This document shows, one piece after another, positions 48,673 to 59,600 of a DNA stretch of 64,000 bases. The notes beneath the pieces are model-generated. The model saw only the letters and a list, made by a program, of their open reading frames with translations. It searched no databases and was not told where the DNA came from. This DNA comes from a virus. The DNA lies in IMG/VR virus record IMGVR_UViG_3300005253_000655, positions 3,683-67,682 of that record; one strand, written 5' to 3'. The translations under genes and the position numbers were made by a program. Within the stretch, counting starts at the first letter, position 1. Each line of letters opens with the position of its first letter.

Positions 48673-49908
48673 TTATAATTCGAGCCAGTTAGGGCCATGC
48701 TTCATGAACACTAAATGTTGTTTAGTCGTAGCCATGTAAGCAAAGTTGGGTGCTGTGTGTACTCCGAAATGTATATCCATACTTTCAACTGATTTGTTTG
48801 CACCAGTTGTGACCTCTAAGACCACGCCTTCTGTGGTGTTACCTGCTACATCTGTGTTTAAATCAATTCTTTTATAGGCGAAGGACTCTCCATTAATTAA
48901 GTCCTGTTCTGTGCTGTAGTCTGTACTCATGTTAGCTAATACTGTACCCCCAGGTACAAAACCTGATTCTGCATAAGTCCAATCTGCCGTGCTGTGATGG
49001 AATAGTCTTAAATTAAATCCTGTGTCAGAAGCACCAGCACGTCCAACGCATTCCAGTACAGTTATGGAGAAAGCTTGGTTTCCGAAATCCTCGTACTTAG
49101 AGCAACCATAGTTAAAGTCTAGGTTGTAGGTGACAGGGGTGCCACTGGCAACCGCTAAAGCTATCGTGACTTGACCTATCCACTTCTCAACGGTTTCTAC
49201 ATACTGGTTCGTAGCTAAGGTGGTTATGTCTGCTACAAGATCAATCGTCTGGGATGTCGCTCTATTGCCTTCATCATCTATTGTCGTACCAGAGACTGTA
49301 AGTTTAATCACTCCAGTATTTACAGAGCCTACTCCCCCGGCAACTATACCTATGTGACAGGCAGAGGCTGAATTGGCAGCACTGTGTGTTACTGATAATG
49401 CACCTTGATTGAGATTAGCGTCAAGAGCTTCCCAATTATAATAACCGCCAGAATAAAATACGCCTGAAGAACCGCTTGGGGATGAGAAGTTGAAGGACTT
49501 AGATTCTACTTGATGTTTCGTATAGATATTATCTACACCATTACGTATGCGTACTGTCTGGTCGTCTTCTGAAGGGAGAATATATATAATTTCTCCTGAA
49601 CTGCCCCCGTTGATTGTATCAAGGTCGTCATCAGAAGCGCCACCTTCATTAGCTATTTTATGATGGGACTTAGTGACTGTCACAGCACCTGCATTTATGG
49701 TTAATTCTGTAGCTGAGGTATAGTGTAAACCATCGACGGCAGTGATGACATTGCCGTTCATATCTAATGTGTCATTAGCGTTGATAGTAGTGAACGAGCC
49801 AGCGGCAGGGGTGGTACCACCTATCACAGTATTGTCGATAGTACCACCATCTATGTCGGCTTCAGCAGTTACTGCGCCGTCTTGCTCCACCCCATTAATG
49901 ATTTCCAT
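48673..49908 (-). CDS. Tail fibre-like protein (shared N-terminus with neighbour)
   Basis: GGTIDNTVIGGTTPAAGSFTT; DDLDTING motif. Confidence 0.65.
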   Translation of the reverse strand: MEIINGVEQDGAVTAEADIDGGTIDNTVIGGTTPAAGSFTTINANDTLDMNGNVITAVDGLHYTSATELTINAGAVTVTKSHHKIANEGGASDDDLDTINGGSSGEIIYILPSEDDQTVRIRNGVDNIYTKHQVESKSFNFSSPSGSSGVFYSGGYYNWEALDANLNQGALSVTHSAANSASACHIGIVAGGVGSVNTGVIKLTVSGTTIDDEGNRATSQTIDLVADITTLATNQYVETVEKWIGQVTIALAVASGTPVTYNLDFNYGCSKYEDFGNQAFSITVLECVGRAGASDTGFNLRLFHHSTADWTYAESGFVPGGTVLANMSTDYSTEQDLINGESFAYKRIDLNTDVAGNTTEGVVLEVTTGANKSVESMDIHFGVHTAPNFAYMATTKQHLVFMKHGPNWLEL

Positions 49909-50007
49909 AGCTGCTTTAGTGACTCCCTAACCTGCGGTGTTTTTGGTTTGGCTATAACACTCACTCTAATGCGTCGCGTCTTCTTGCCATTTATTATGGC
50001 AGGCATT

Positions 50008-50580
50008 CTAGTTTACCTGTCGGGACTTGACTTTGAGACCGAACAATTCTCCATTGGTATTGGTCCACGCAAATTTGAGAATGTCAGCAGCGGCCATTGG
50101 GATCTCTTTCTCAGGGTAGTAGAGTAAATCCTGTACGGTGTTCATGTCCTGGGAATAAACCAGTACGTCCCAAGCAGCTCCGAGGCCGGAGTCAATGGTG
50201 ACTGTGAGATTCTCCGAGGTAGCACTGGCGGAATTGAGGTGGATCTCAAAGCCAACAAACTTCCAATCGTTTTCCTGTTGCAGCCAAACATTGGCCGTGG
50301 CGGAAGACGTGGTTTCTGCAGTGAATGGAGCCACGATGTCGAAGGAACTGGCAGCTTTTGCAGCGACTCTCTTTAAGCCATCGTAATTGGTGGTGTTGTC
50401 AATGAATACATTAGAGTCAACCACCATAGGAGTGGAGGTGTCTGTAAACCTGACACGTCTTTCACTCTTGCCGGTGTTAATACTCTGGTCCGTCAGTGCA
50501 GCATTATCTATAGCGAAACTGAATGCTCCATTCCCGCCAAAGTGGAAGGTGTCTATTCTATTTTCTATTCTTCCTGCCAT
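50008..50580 (-). CDS. Virion structural protein
   Basis: 190 aa, beta-rich; RBS AGGAG. Confidence 0.5.
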   Translation of the reverse strand: MAGRIENRIDTFHFGGNGAFSFAIDNAALTDQSINTGKSERRVRFTDTSTPMVVDSNVFIDNTTNYDGLKRVAAKAASSFDIVAPFTAETTSSATANVWLQQENDWKFVGFEIHLNSASATSENLTVTIDSGLGAAWDVLVYSQDMNTVQDLLYYPEKEIPMAAADILKFAWTNTNGELFGLKVKSRQVN

Positions 50581-50616
50581 GATTTATCTCCTATTGAGCT
50601 ATTAATAAGTTTTCAG

Positions 50617-53600
50617 CTATCTTATTTCAAGTACCTTTTCGGTTATTTTGTCGATTTTTTCATTCATTCTTTTGTAGATCTTTTGGTAGCGTATCCTTAT
50701 CTTGTCCTGCGAGGAGCCGGAGCGCATTAACTTCTTGTAATCGCTACGGAACTCTCTCTTGATATCCAAGATCAGGTATTTAAAGCTCCGGAGCCTGTTC
50801 GCCCTTTCCACGCTGTAATCAATGGAGCGGATCTTGAGACCCAGGAACACGTCGAATATAGCCTCAGTGAGGCTCCTTTCACGCCCTGCGAAGTCCTTAT
50901 CCCCTGTGGCGGCGGATATGAGCTTATTGAACCCGAAGGAACCTGGGGCCAAGCCTGGAGCTGCCTGACGCCATAATTCCATAGCCAGCTTCTTCATGTA
51001 TTCCCCTCCCTCATCCACGTCCTTGATCGTGAGATCTTGGCCGGTGAAAAGGACTTCGTTGAAAGCCACCTCTGCAGCGTACACATAGACAGGGTGGTTG
51101 GGCAAGAAGGGACGGAAGGCTATGCGGGATTGTCCCCACTGTTCCGCCACGTCACCCCAAGGCAGGATGTAGGAGAGATCCAGCCACTTTGTTGACCTGC
51201 CATCGTCGCTTTTGTAAGGAAGCTTCATGTGGGAAAACTGTCCAGGGAACACGCTCTTGCGCATATAAGCAGGTAAGACCTTCTTTTCCCTCTCCGCTTC
51301 CTCCTCACTCTCACCGTTGACGCGCCGGGAAATTCCCTCGGCAGCGAGCATCAACATCCAGATTGCCGCAACCCTCCAAGGTGTGCGTATTGCCATGCGT
51401 GCCATACGAGGCATAGCCTTGTAACTAAACGTGATAAAGGGCGCATACCAACGCTTGGCCCAACGGATAGCAGGGGGTAGCTTGCTGTAATTGAACAGGC
51501 CTTCCTCAGCTTTCTTGGCTGCAGCCTTGATGGATGCACCGCTCTTTCGGGCATTAATGAACACGGCAAGCTTGAAGAACTGCTCTATTGCCTGGTACGA
51601 TTGCCCTGGCTTGTCCGCGAGTTTACGCACGAGGCTACTGGACTTGGCCAGGAAGTTTCCGCCTTTGATCGCGGCAGCATCGGTCAGGAACTTAGTTACC
51701 TCTACCCCAGACCATTCATTTCCAAGCAGCGGTGTCGTCATGGCCTCTTTCCAATAACCGTCCTTGTTATACATATCTATAGCAGCTCTTGCATAGATAT
51801 CCCCACGCCAGGGCGCTAAGTCCTCAGCCCAGGCCAGGATAGTATTTGACATTATATTACGTGCCTGAGCCGCAGGGTTGTAAACAACCTTCCCCGTTTT
51901 CCACAGTCGCAACGTGGCATCCCAACTCTTAGTCAAGACATTCACTTGCTTAACTGCTTCATTCAAGTCATCATGGATGAATTTGTCCACCATCATGCCG
52001 GACAATGCGCCAAGCTTGTCTGTGACGGGCAGCGGTAGCCATCCTTTCACGTTTTCAAACACAGGCTCTCCGCGCAATTTCATTTCATTCCATGCCTTGG
52101 CGTCCATTGACCAGGACTGGTTTTCAGCTATGGTGTTGAACATGCGGATCAGTTCCATGTCATGGGTCTCTTGGCTTATGCCTTTCATGACGAGGAACGG
52201 AGCCTTGGTGATTTCTCCCAGTGTCTTGCGGTACTCGGCGTTCAGGTTCTTTCTTTGCTTGGTGAAGTTCTGCGAAGCTCTGGGACGACCCCGTAGCCAG
52301 CCAGTAAGACGGTTCATAAAGGTCTTCTCCACCTCAATGGTCTCATAGGCCCTGAGCAGGTAGTGCTTGCCGGACATTGTGTAGTGAGTTTGAATGCGAC
52401 TTAGGATCTCCCTGCGCTTCTTCAGCTCTTCCTTCATCTTTTTCTTTATAGCAGCTCTACCTTTGCGGAGCACGGCAGGGTGGAAAGACTTAATTGTGTT
52501 CATCTTTTCCAACATGGTCGTAATCATATGCTTTTGAAACTTCTTAGTGATGAATACTGTATCCCCGGTCTCACCTTCGAGAGCTGAAACGGAATCCTTT
52601 ATGGCGGAAATCATAAGGTCTGCCTCGCCAGTTGTAAAGCCACGAGACATGAGAGCCTCATGCACTCGACCTTCATTGGCTTGGGTTAGCTTGTTCACTT
52701 TTGTGCGATACTTGCCCTTTTCAACTTCTTCCGTGGCGGATAAAAGTTCATTTTCCAATACTTTAGTTACGGATTTCACAACCTTCTCGGTCTTGACAGT
52801 GGGCAGCAGGCGTTTCTCCATCTTCTTGACTTCCGCATCAATCGCATCAATCTCACGGAATTTGTCCGCAATGGCTTTACGTGTGAGCTGCTTGAACCTA
52901 TTGTCCGCGCCCAAGATACCCAGACCCGTCAGCTCTGATTCCAGGCGCTGAAATACCCTTGCAGCTTCGAGAGCGTGCTTGTACTTGTCATGCTGTGTGG
53001 TGATGGAGCCCTGGATAATCTGTGAGGCTCGCACCTGTTCTGCCGGGGTCAGGGCGTTGATTGCAATCGCAAGCTCTTCAGCCTTGGCCCGGTATTGGGT
53101 TATTTTGAAGTTGGTATCATCGCGCAGTGCAATGAATTGGGAAGACTTCCCGTAATCGGTGATGATACCCTTGTTGACAGCTTCCACAAACCTAGACTTT
53201 TTTCCTAGGTTGAGGGGCAGGTCATGGCTTGCCCACTTCCAGACGGGGTCACCAACGTGCTTTACCCAGAGGTCTTTGAGAGGTCCCGTGATGCCTTGCT
53301 GCTTGATGTAGGTGTCTATTTCATGGCCTTGATGTTGAGCCAGCACCGTGGAGCCTGGACGCACAGAGTACAGTGTGTCGCCTTGTTCTGACGTGGAGCC
53401 CGGAGCGCTTTGCTCTGCGTAAGCGACATCCTGTACAGAAGGCCGGAAACGAATTATCAAGTCATCTGTGGAAATTCCCCCTTGGAAACTATTGAGTGCT
53501 TTTCTCTGGTAGACGTCGAAAGCTTCTCGGGCAGAAACAGACCGAGCTTCTCCCTCGCCCAATAATTTCTGGTACTCCTGAAAGGGCTCGAAAACCTGCT

Positions 53601-56600
53601 TCATCATGTAGCGCAGCCTTGCAGGATCACCTTGGTGCTGTTTGGCGAGCCGTTGCACATTGGGAGTTGCAAATTTCTTATTTGCGATAAAAATCTCCTC
53701 TAAAGAGAATCCTGTCCGGGTAGCGGCGTCTATGAAATTTAAGGCTGTAAAAGCGTTTTCAGGGTTATCTCCATGCTCCAGCATGCCTTCAACACTACCG
53801 CCGCGAGCAAAGCCTTCAATTGCTTGTATTGCATGCTGAATCTCGTGGAGCAAGGTTCCGTAATTCCCGTCGAACTGTATGACGCTCCCACCAAAGGCTC
53901 CTCCGCGTTTCAGGTTTTTAAATACAGGGATATTAGCCAGTTCCGGGTAGGCCTTGAATAAAGTAGGATGATTCAAAACCTTGCGCAATATATTATGGGT
54001 GAATGTTTTCTTACTTCCCAATTTTTTCCTTTTCCATGTTAATCCCTTCGTCATAGAGCCAGAACTATCGTCGATTTCATACTTCCACTTGCCATCAGGA
54101 GATAACCACCATCCTGTCCGTTGCCGAATGCCCTCAGCGTCCGCACCTTCAATGGCGTTAAATCTTCTGGCTTGTTCCAACTTGCTGCCTGCCAGGAATT
54201 CCTTCTGTGCAAGCTCCGACTGCTCACCCATGATGGTGTAGTATGTGCCATCCCATTCTTTCTGACGTATGGGGAACGCGCCGACTTTGATTTGTCCAAA
54301 GTAATCCGCAGCCCGAGAAAAACCTTTCCCTTCCAGACCGTTTTTCGTGATGTTCAGGAGGCGCAACATCTTTTTCCAGAGGGTCTTGAGCCAGTTGGGT
54401 TTGTACTGGGCGTTTTTACTATCCACAATATAGTCAGCAAAAGCGTTTGCCTCGGCCTCTTCTGAGCCGAACAGTGCAGTCATCTTTGTGTGCCATTCGG
54501 CAGGTATCATCAGCATGCGCTTGTAGGCATGGTAGAGCTCATGGTATAGAGCACGCTCCATGTGTGCGATGTCGTCCACGTTATTGGACAGTTCTATCTG
54601 GGCGTAGATACCGTTGAAGGTGGTCTTGCCTAGGATGTCCTCGGCGGTTAGGGGTCTGCCCAAGGTCTTCTCATGGTCCACTATGCTCTTGGCCGCTTGC
54701 TTAGGGTCCAGGGTCAGTACGTCCAGACCTTCCACTGTGACCCGGTCCTGCAACTCTGCGCCGAAGCCAGCGTTCTTGAACCATTGGGGCAGGTTCTTCA
54801 TCAGTTCGGAGATTTCTACAACTTGCTTCGGCGTGACCTTGCCTTTGAACACGCGGCGTAATGCGAATTTGGCAGACCCCAGGAACCCTTTATCTCTGAA
54901 AACGGATTTGATTTGTTCAGGTTTAAAAGCAATAAAGGATTGCCTGATTTCATCTGTAGTTCCTATAGCCTCAAATTCTGTAATGTATAGAATTCCATCA
55001 TACCCCTTTTTCAGCATTGCTTTACGCACATCGTTGGAGTCTTTAAACTTTGAGAATTCGGAAGCAGTGAAAGGGCCTTCGTTAGTCGGTCCAAGATGCT
55101 CCTCTAGCATACCCATGTCATTCCAATCTCCAATATCAGTAACAAGATTGTAGGGGTTTTGTAAACTGAGATATGCAGGTATTACACTCTCACCTGTCGG
55201 TTTTTTCCCAATGTCTACTCTGTCTGAGGCCACTGCGGAAGAACCAAAGTGCATTCCCAGTTCGCTTATCTCAGGGTCAAAGGTATCAAATACAACATCT
55301 GTTCCATGATACACTACGAGAGGTTTACCTTTGGAATCTACTACTTTAGACTTCTTAAACCATTTCTTAAACTCCGTGCTATCTATAACTCTTTTCGGCC
55401 CTGTTCCTTTGCGTGACGGGGCGAGGGGAACACTAACACCTTTACTTGGCCCGGCTTTGCTTTCTCTTCCTTGAAGCCCAGTTCTTCCATAAGCTGCATC
55501 AACGGCTTGTTGGTAGGTTGCTTCGTGGACTTCTCCTTCTCTGACTGCTTCGGCATAAGTTGCTTCTCCTTTTGTTTTGCCTTCATAGGCTGTAATGTGT
55601 TTTTTGTAATTCTTACGGGACTCTTCTGTGCCCTCCCAACTACCAAGCACTTCTGCATGCATAGGGGTAAAAGTTTCAGAACCCTGGACACTAACTGACT
55701 GCAGACCCTTAAGGACAGCTTTTGCCTTCTCCAGCGTTTCCTTGGTCATCCCTTTCAAAGGAATGAAATGCTCCAGAGTGATGCCAGTCGAAGTGACGAC
55801 TCTGTTATACTCCTTCACGCCTAATTCTGTCAACTTATCATGGAGCTGCTCAGATGTAAATTTGGGATCTACTTTCATCTTCACGTAAATACCATTAGGG
55901 TTAGCATCCGTGTGCAGGATGATCACACCATTTTGTTTCTTGCTCAGGCCTACCAGTTCTGCCATCGCAGCACGCACAGCAGGTAGTGGACCTTTCAACG
56001 TAACGGACAGACCGTGCTCCAATTGCCCGCTTGTGTAGTTATCGAATTTTGCCAAAGTAGGTCTGGTCTCGACAATGTCCACAGGGTACACACTTAACCG
56101 CTTGCGCAGGTCGGTCACGAGGTCCGGCAACAATTGTGAGGCAACAGCCTCCAATGCTTCCACATCCTCGGGCAAGGCCTTTGTGACATCCACAACGTCA
56201 CTAAGCGCGACCATAGCTTCAGTGGTAAACGTCTCCACCTTGACCTCATCAAACATGAAGAAGATGGGTCCGTTGGGAGTGGGCAGTGTGAAGCCTTTGT
56301 ATGCTTGTGAGTTCTGTATCAGTCCGGCGATTGCGTTCATTTTCACCTGGTTGAGAGTGAGCTGCCCGGACAGGACACGAGGGTCCAGTAGTGCTTTTTG
56401 TATGCCTGCACCAATGTAACCCAGGACATCGTTGTCGCCGTCATAGACCTCGTTCTCGTACACAGTGGTCATGTTGGGGACTTTGCCGCGAAAGAAGGTC
56501 TCACGTCTAGTCTTGCCGCTGTACCAGTAGCTCATTTGGACGTAAGGGTTGTCTGCAGTGCTGGATTCCATGCGCTTTAGCACGTCATTCCTTGACCAAG

Positions 56601-59600
56601 GATGTGGCTTGTCGCCTTCCGCAGCGGTTGAGAGGTCTGTGAGTTCCTTAATTTCCAGCCCGGTTAAGGGTGTAATGAAACTGGAAGACTTGTCGCGCAA
56701 TGCCAACATGCGTCTTTTGTCCTTGCTCGTCAGCTTTCGCGGTGCCCGTGCTCCCCTGATCACGAAACGATTTTCGCGTGCGAAGTGGACAATTTTCTGT
56801 CCCTTTTCTTCCGCTGTCAGGCCTAGCATCTTGCGCCCCAGACGTTTCACGGGGTCCACAAGTATGGCATGGTTGAATTCGGTTATTTGAGATGTACCTG
56901 CGCGGGGGATCTCAACCCCTGCCGCATACCATAGAGCTGCCTGGACATCGGAGTTAGTGATGCCTGGGTGTTTGCCAATTAAATCTTCGCGTGCCTGTAT
57001 GATGTCGCTTATGATTTCATTGCTCGCAGCCGTGGTGACTTTAAACCCGCCTGCAACATCCTGGGGGGTCCAGGTGAAATTGTATCCCCAGAGTCGTCCC
57101 ATGTGTCGGTCAATCACGATGGACTCACCGGACTCATCTAGGACAGAGTGAACCATTGCCCCGATCTTGCGTCCGTAATAACTGATACGGTCCTCCATCG
57201 TGACACGTGTTTCTTTACCTTCCCAAATCTCCCGAGCCTTTTTAGTTGCGGCTTCGCTCATACCTCCTAGATTGCCTTCTTTTCCTGCTTCCAGATCTCT
57301 AACAGCACCGGCAGCTATAGTTGCGGCAGAAGGTACGTTCCTGTTTGCGGTACTGATTGCTTGGATCTTAATGTTCTTAACAATGTCTTCCCGCGACATA
57401 CCAGCTTTCTCGAACTTGATCATGTCATCGTGCCACTTCTTATACCAACTCAACGCTGAAAGGTTCTTCTCCACCAGAGCGTTAATCATCTTACGCCGCA
57501 GCGCAGGGTCTCGGGGAAGTATAGGGGCGTTAATGATGAGAAAGTTCACGCCATCAATTGTTACACGCTTTTCCTTAATCACGGACTCACCGCGAATAGG
57601 GTGTTTCAAGACTCTGTCTGTTTCCACTACCTTGTGGCCAGCGGCTTTGAGTAGGGAGACAGGGCCTTGTATAATTCCGGCTTTCTTCTCCGCGTCGTAT
57701 GTGATGACGAAGGGGTTCTCGTGCGCCGTTGCGTGTAGGGATAATTTGCTCCCATGCTTGGCTATATGCTTGTCGTACAGTTTACCGAAGGCGAGATTTC
57801 CCGTTTTGACGTAGCCAGTCATGACGCGCTTTAAATCTGCGGGAATCTTGCGAGCTGCAAACACCATTTCACTTTCAAAGTTGCCTTGACTGACCTCGTC
57901 GAATGCAGTCTGATAACGGCCAGAGACTTTCTGTACCTTTGTTCTGGCTTGCGCCTTGGTCATGCCAGCATCCCGATACTTCTTGTATAAGCGAGGGAGC
58001 ATTTTGGAAGGGGACAAGGAGTCCACAACCACTTCTGTACGTTTGCTCTTCGTGTCATAGTCTTCCAGTGCCTTTTGCATGACACGCTTCATCTCGGGTA
58101 TCTTGCGGGTCTCCATAGCGACCATGACGTCGGCGTGACTGGTACTGGGGGACAATTTATCCGCACCCGCAGCGGGTACGCCTTTTTCAATCTTAGTCTT
58201 TACATCTGAAACCTCCTTAAACACGGGAGTCTTATCCAGCATCTCACTACCGAACGCCAGCACCTTTGTGTAGAATCCCTCGTGTAATTTCTTATCCTTG
58301 AGGTAGGACCGGGATATAATGTTTTCATCTACGTCAGTCTCAGTGGCTTCTGATATCTGCTCTCCTATGGAGGTACCAGCGTACACGGCCATGTTGTATA
58401 TGTTAACGTGAGAGATTATGTCCTTGTTCTTTTTAAGGAAGTCCAGAGTGTTCTGATAGGTCTCTGTGGTCTCCGTCCATATCTTTCCATCCTTGGTCTT
58501 CCCCGCCAAACCGCTCATTATGTTGGGGATGAAGGCGATTCCGTCTTCACGTAGTTTGGCCACGGCCTTGTCAATGAGTTTCCTGTTTGCGGGCTTCTTA
58601 AGTCGTCTCAGGATATCGTCATTGTAGGACTCCACGCCTAATTCCACGTACTTGACCCCGGCTTTCTTTAAGAATTCGGGGTCTAACTTAAGGTATTGCG
58701 GGGCAGTTGTCTGTATAATGAAACCTTGAAATTTGGGATTTTGTTTCTTAAGCTTCTTGTATAGCTCCTCCAGGTAAGTGTAATTGGGAGCCTGCCCAAA
58801 GGTCTTATCATCCATGTAGACAAGGGTGAAGTCTAAATCTTTAAACGTCTCTACCTGTTTGTCGATATTGGTCTGGGTGAGTGGCTCCACATTTGATCCT
58901 ACAGTACAGAACGCACAGCTATGCGCACACCCTTTGGCAGAACACAGTCTGGGTACAGTTTTAGTGCCTTTGAAGTGTCGGTTGTCAACACCTCGTTTAT
59001 ATGGTATACCTTCAGCTTTAGCGGCATTTTGGAGGGATAATCGAAACTCCACGTTGGGCAGATCTTTAAAATAACCCTTGTCAACATAGCCACCTACAAT
59101 AATTTTGCCTTTATAAATTTTGGCTATCTCACGTATAGACTCCTTATTAGCATCCATTGCGCTGAACATGACAAGCTTGTATCCGGCTTCGTTAAGTTGT
59201 TCAGCTAGTTTTTTGGGATCTCGGGCAATGATTACATCGGAGTTAGGGAATGTGGCAGCTCCTTCAGATATCCATGTAGGAATCTCCCAGAAATCTTCGG
59301 ACTTGTTGTATCCTTCCCTTTTAGAGTAGAGTTTGTCAAAGTAAGGATCGGCTTGATCCGTCTCTGCTCTGGTGGCTTTGAAGTCGATCTGCACCATTGC
59401 AATACGCTCAGATCTAGGAACTACATCTTTCGCCCTGGGGTCCGGTATGGTCAGGTTTTGTTTTCCTTTGGCAAGGGCGACGGTTATAGCTTTCTGATAG
59501 GTGGGCGCTATCACCTGATCCCTAGATATAACTGCCCCTTCCCGTTTGATTTTTTTCTTGGTGGCATAGTCCTGCAGGTTAGTGACTATATCTTTTGTTG

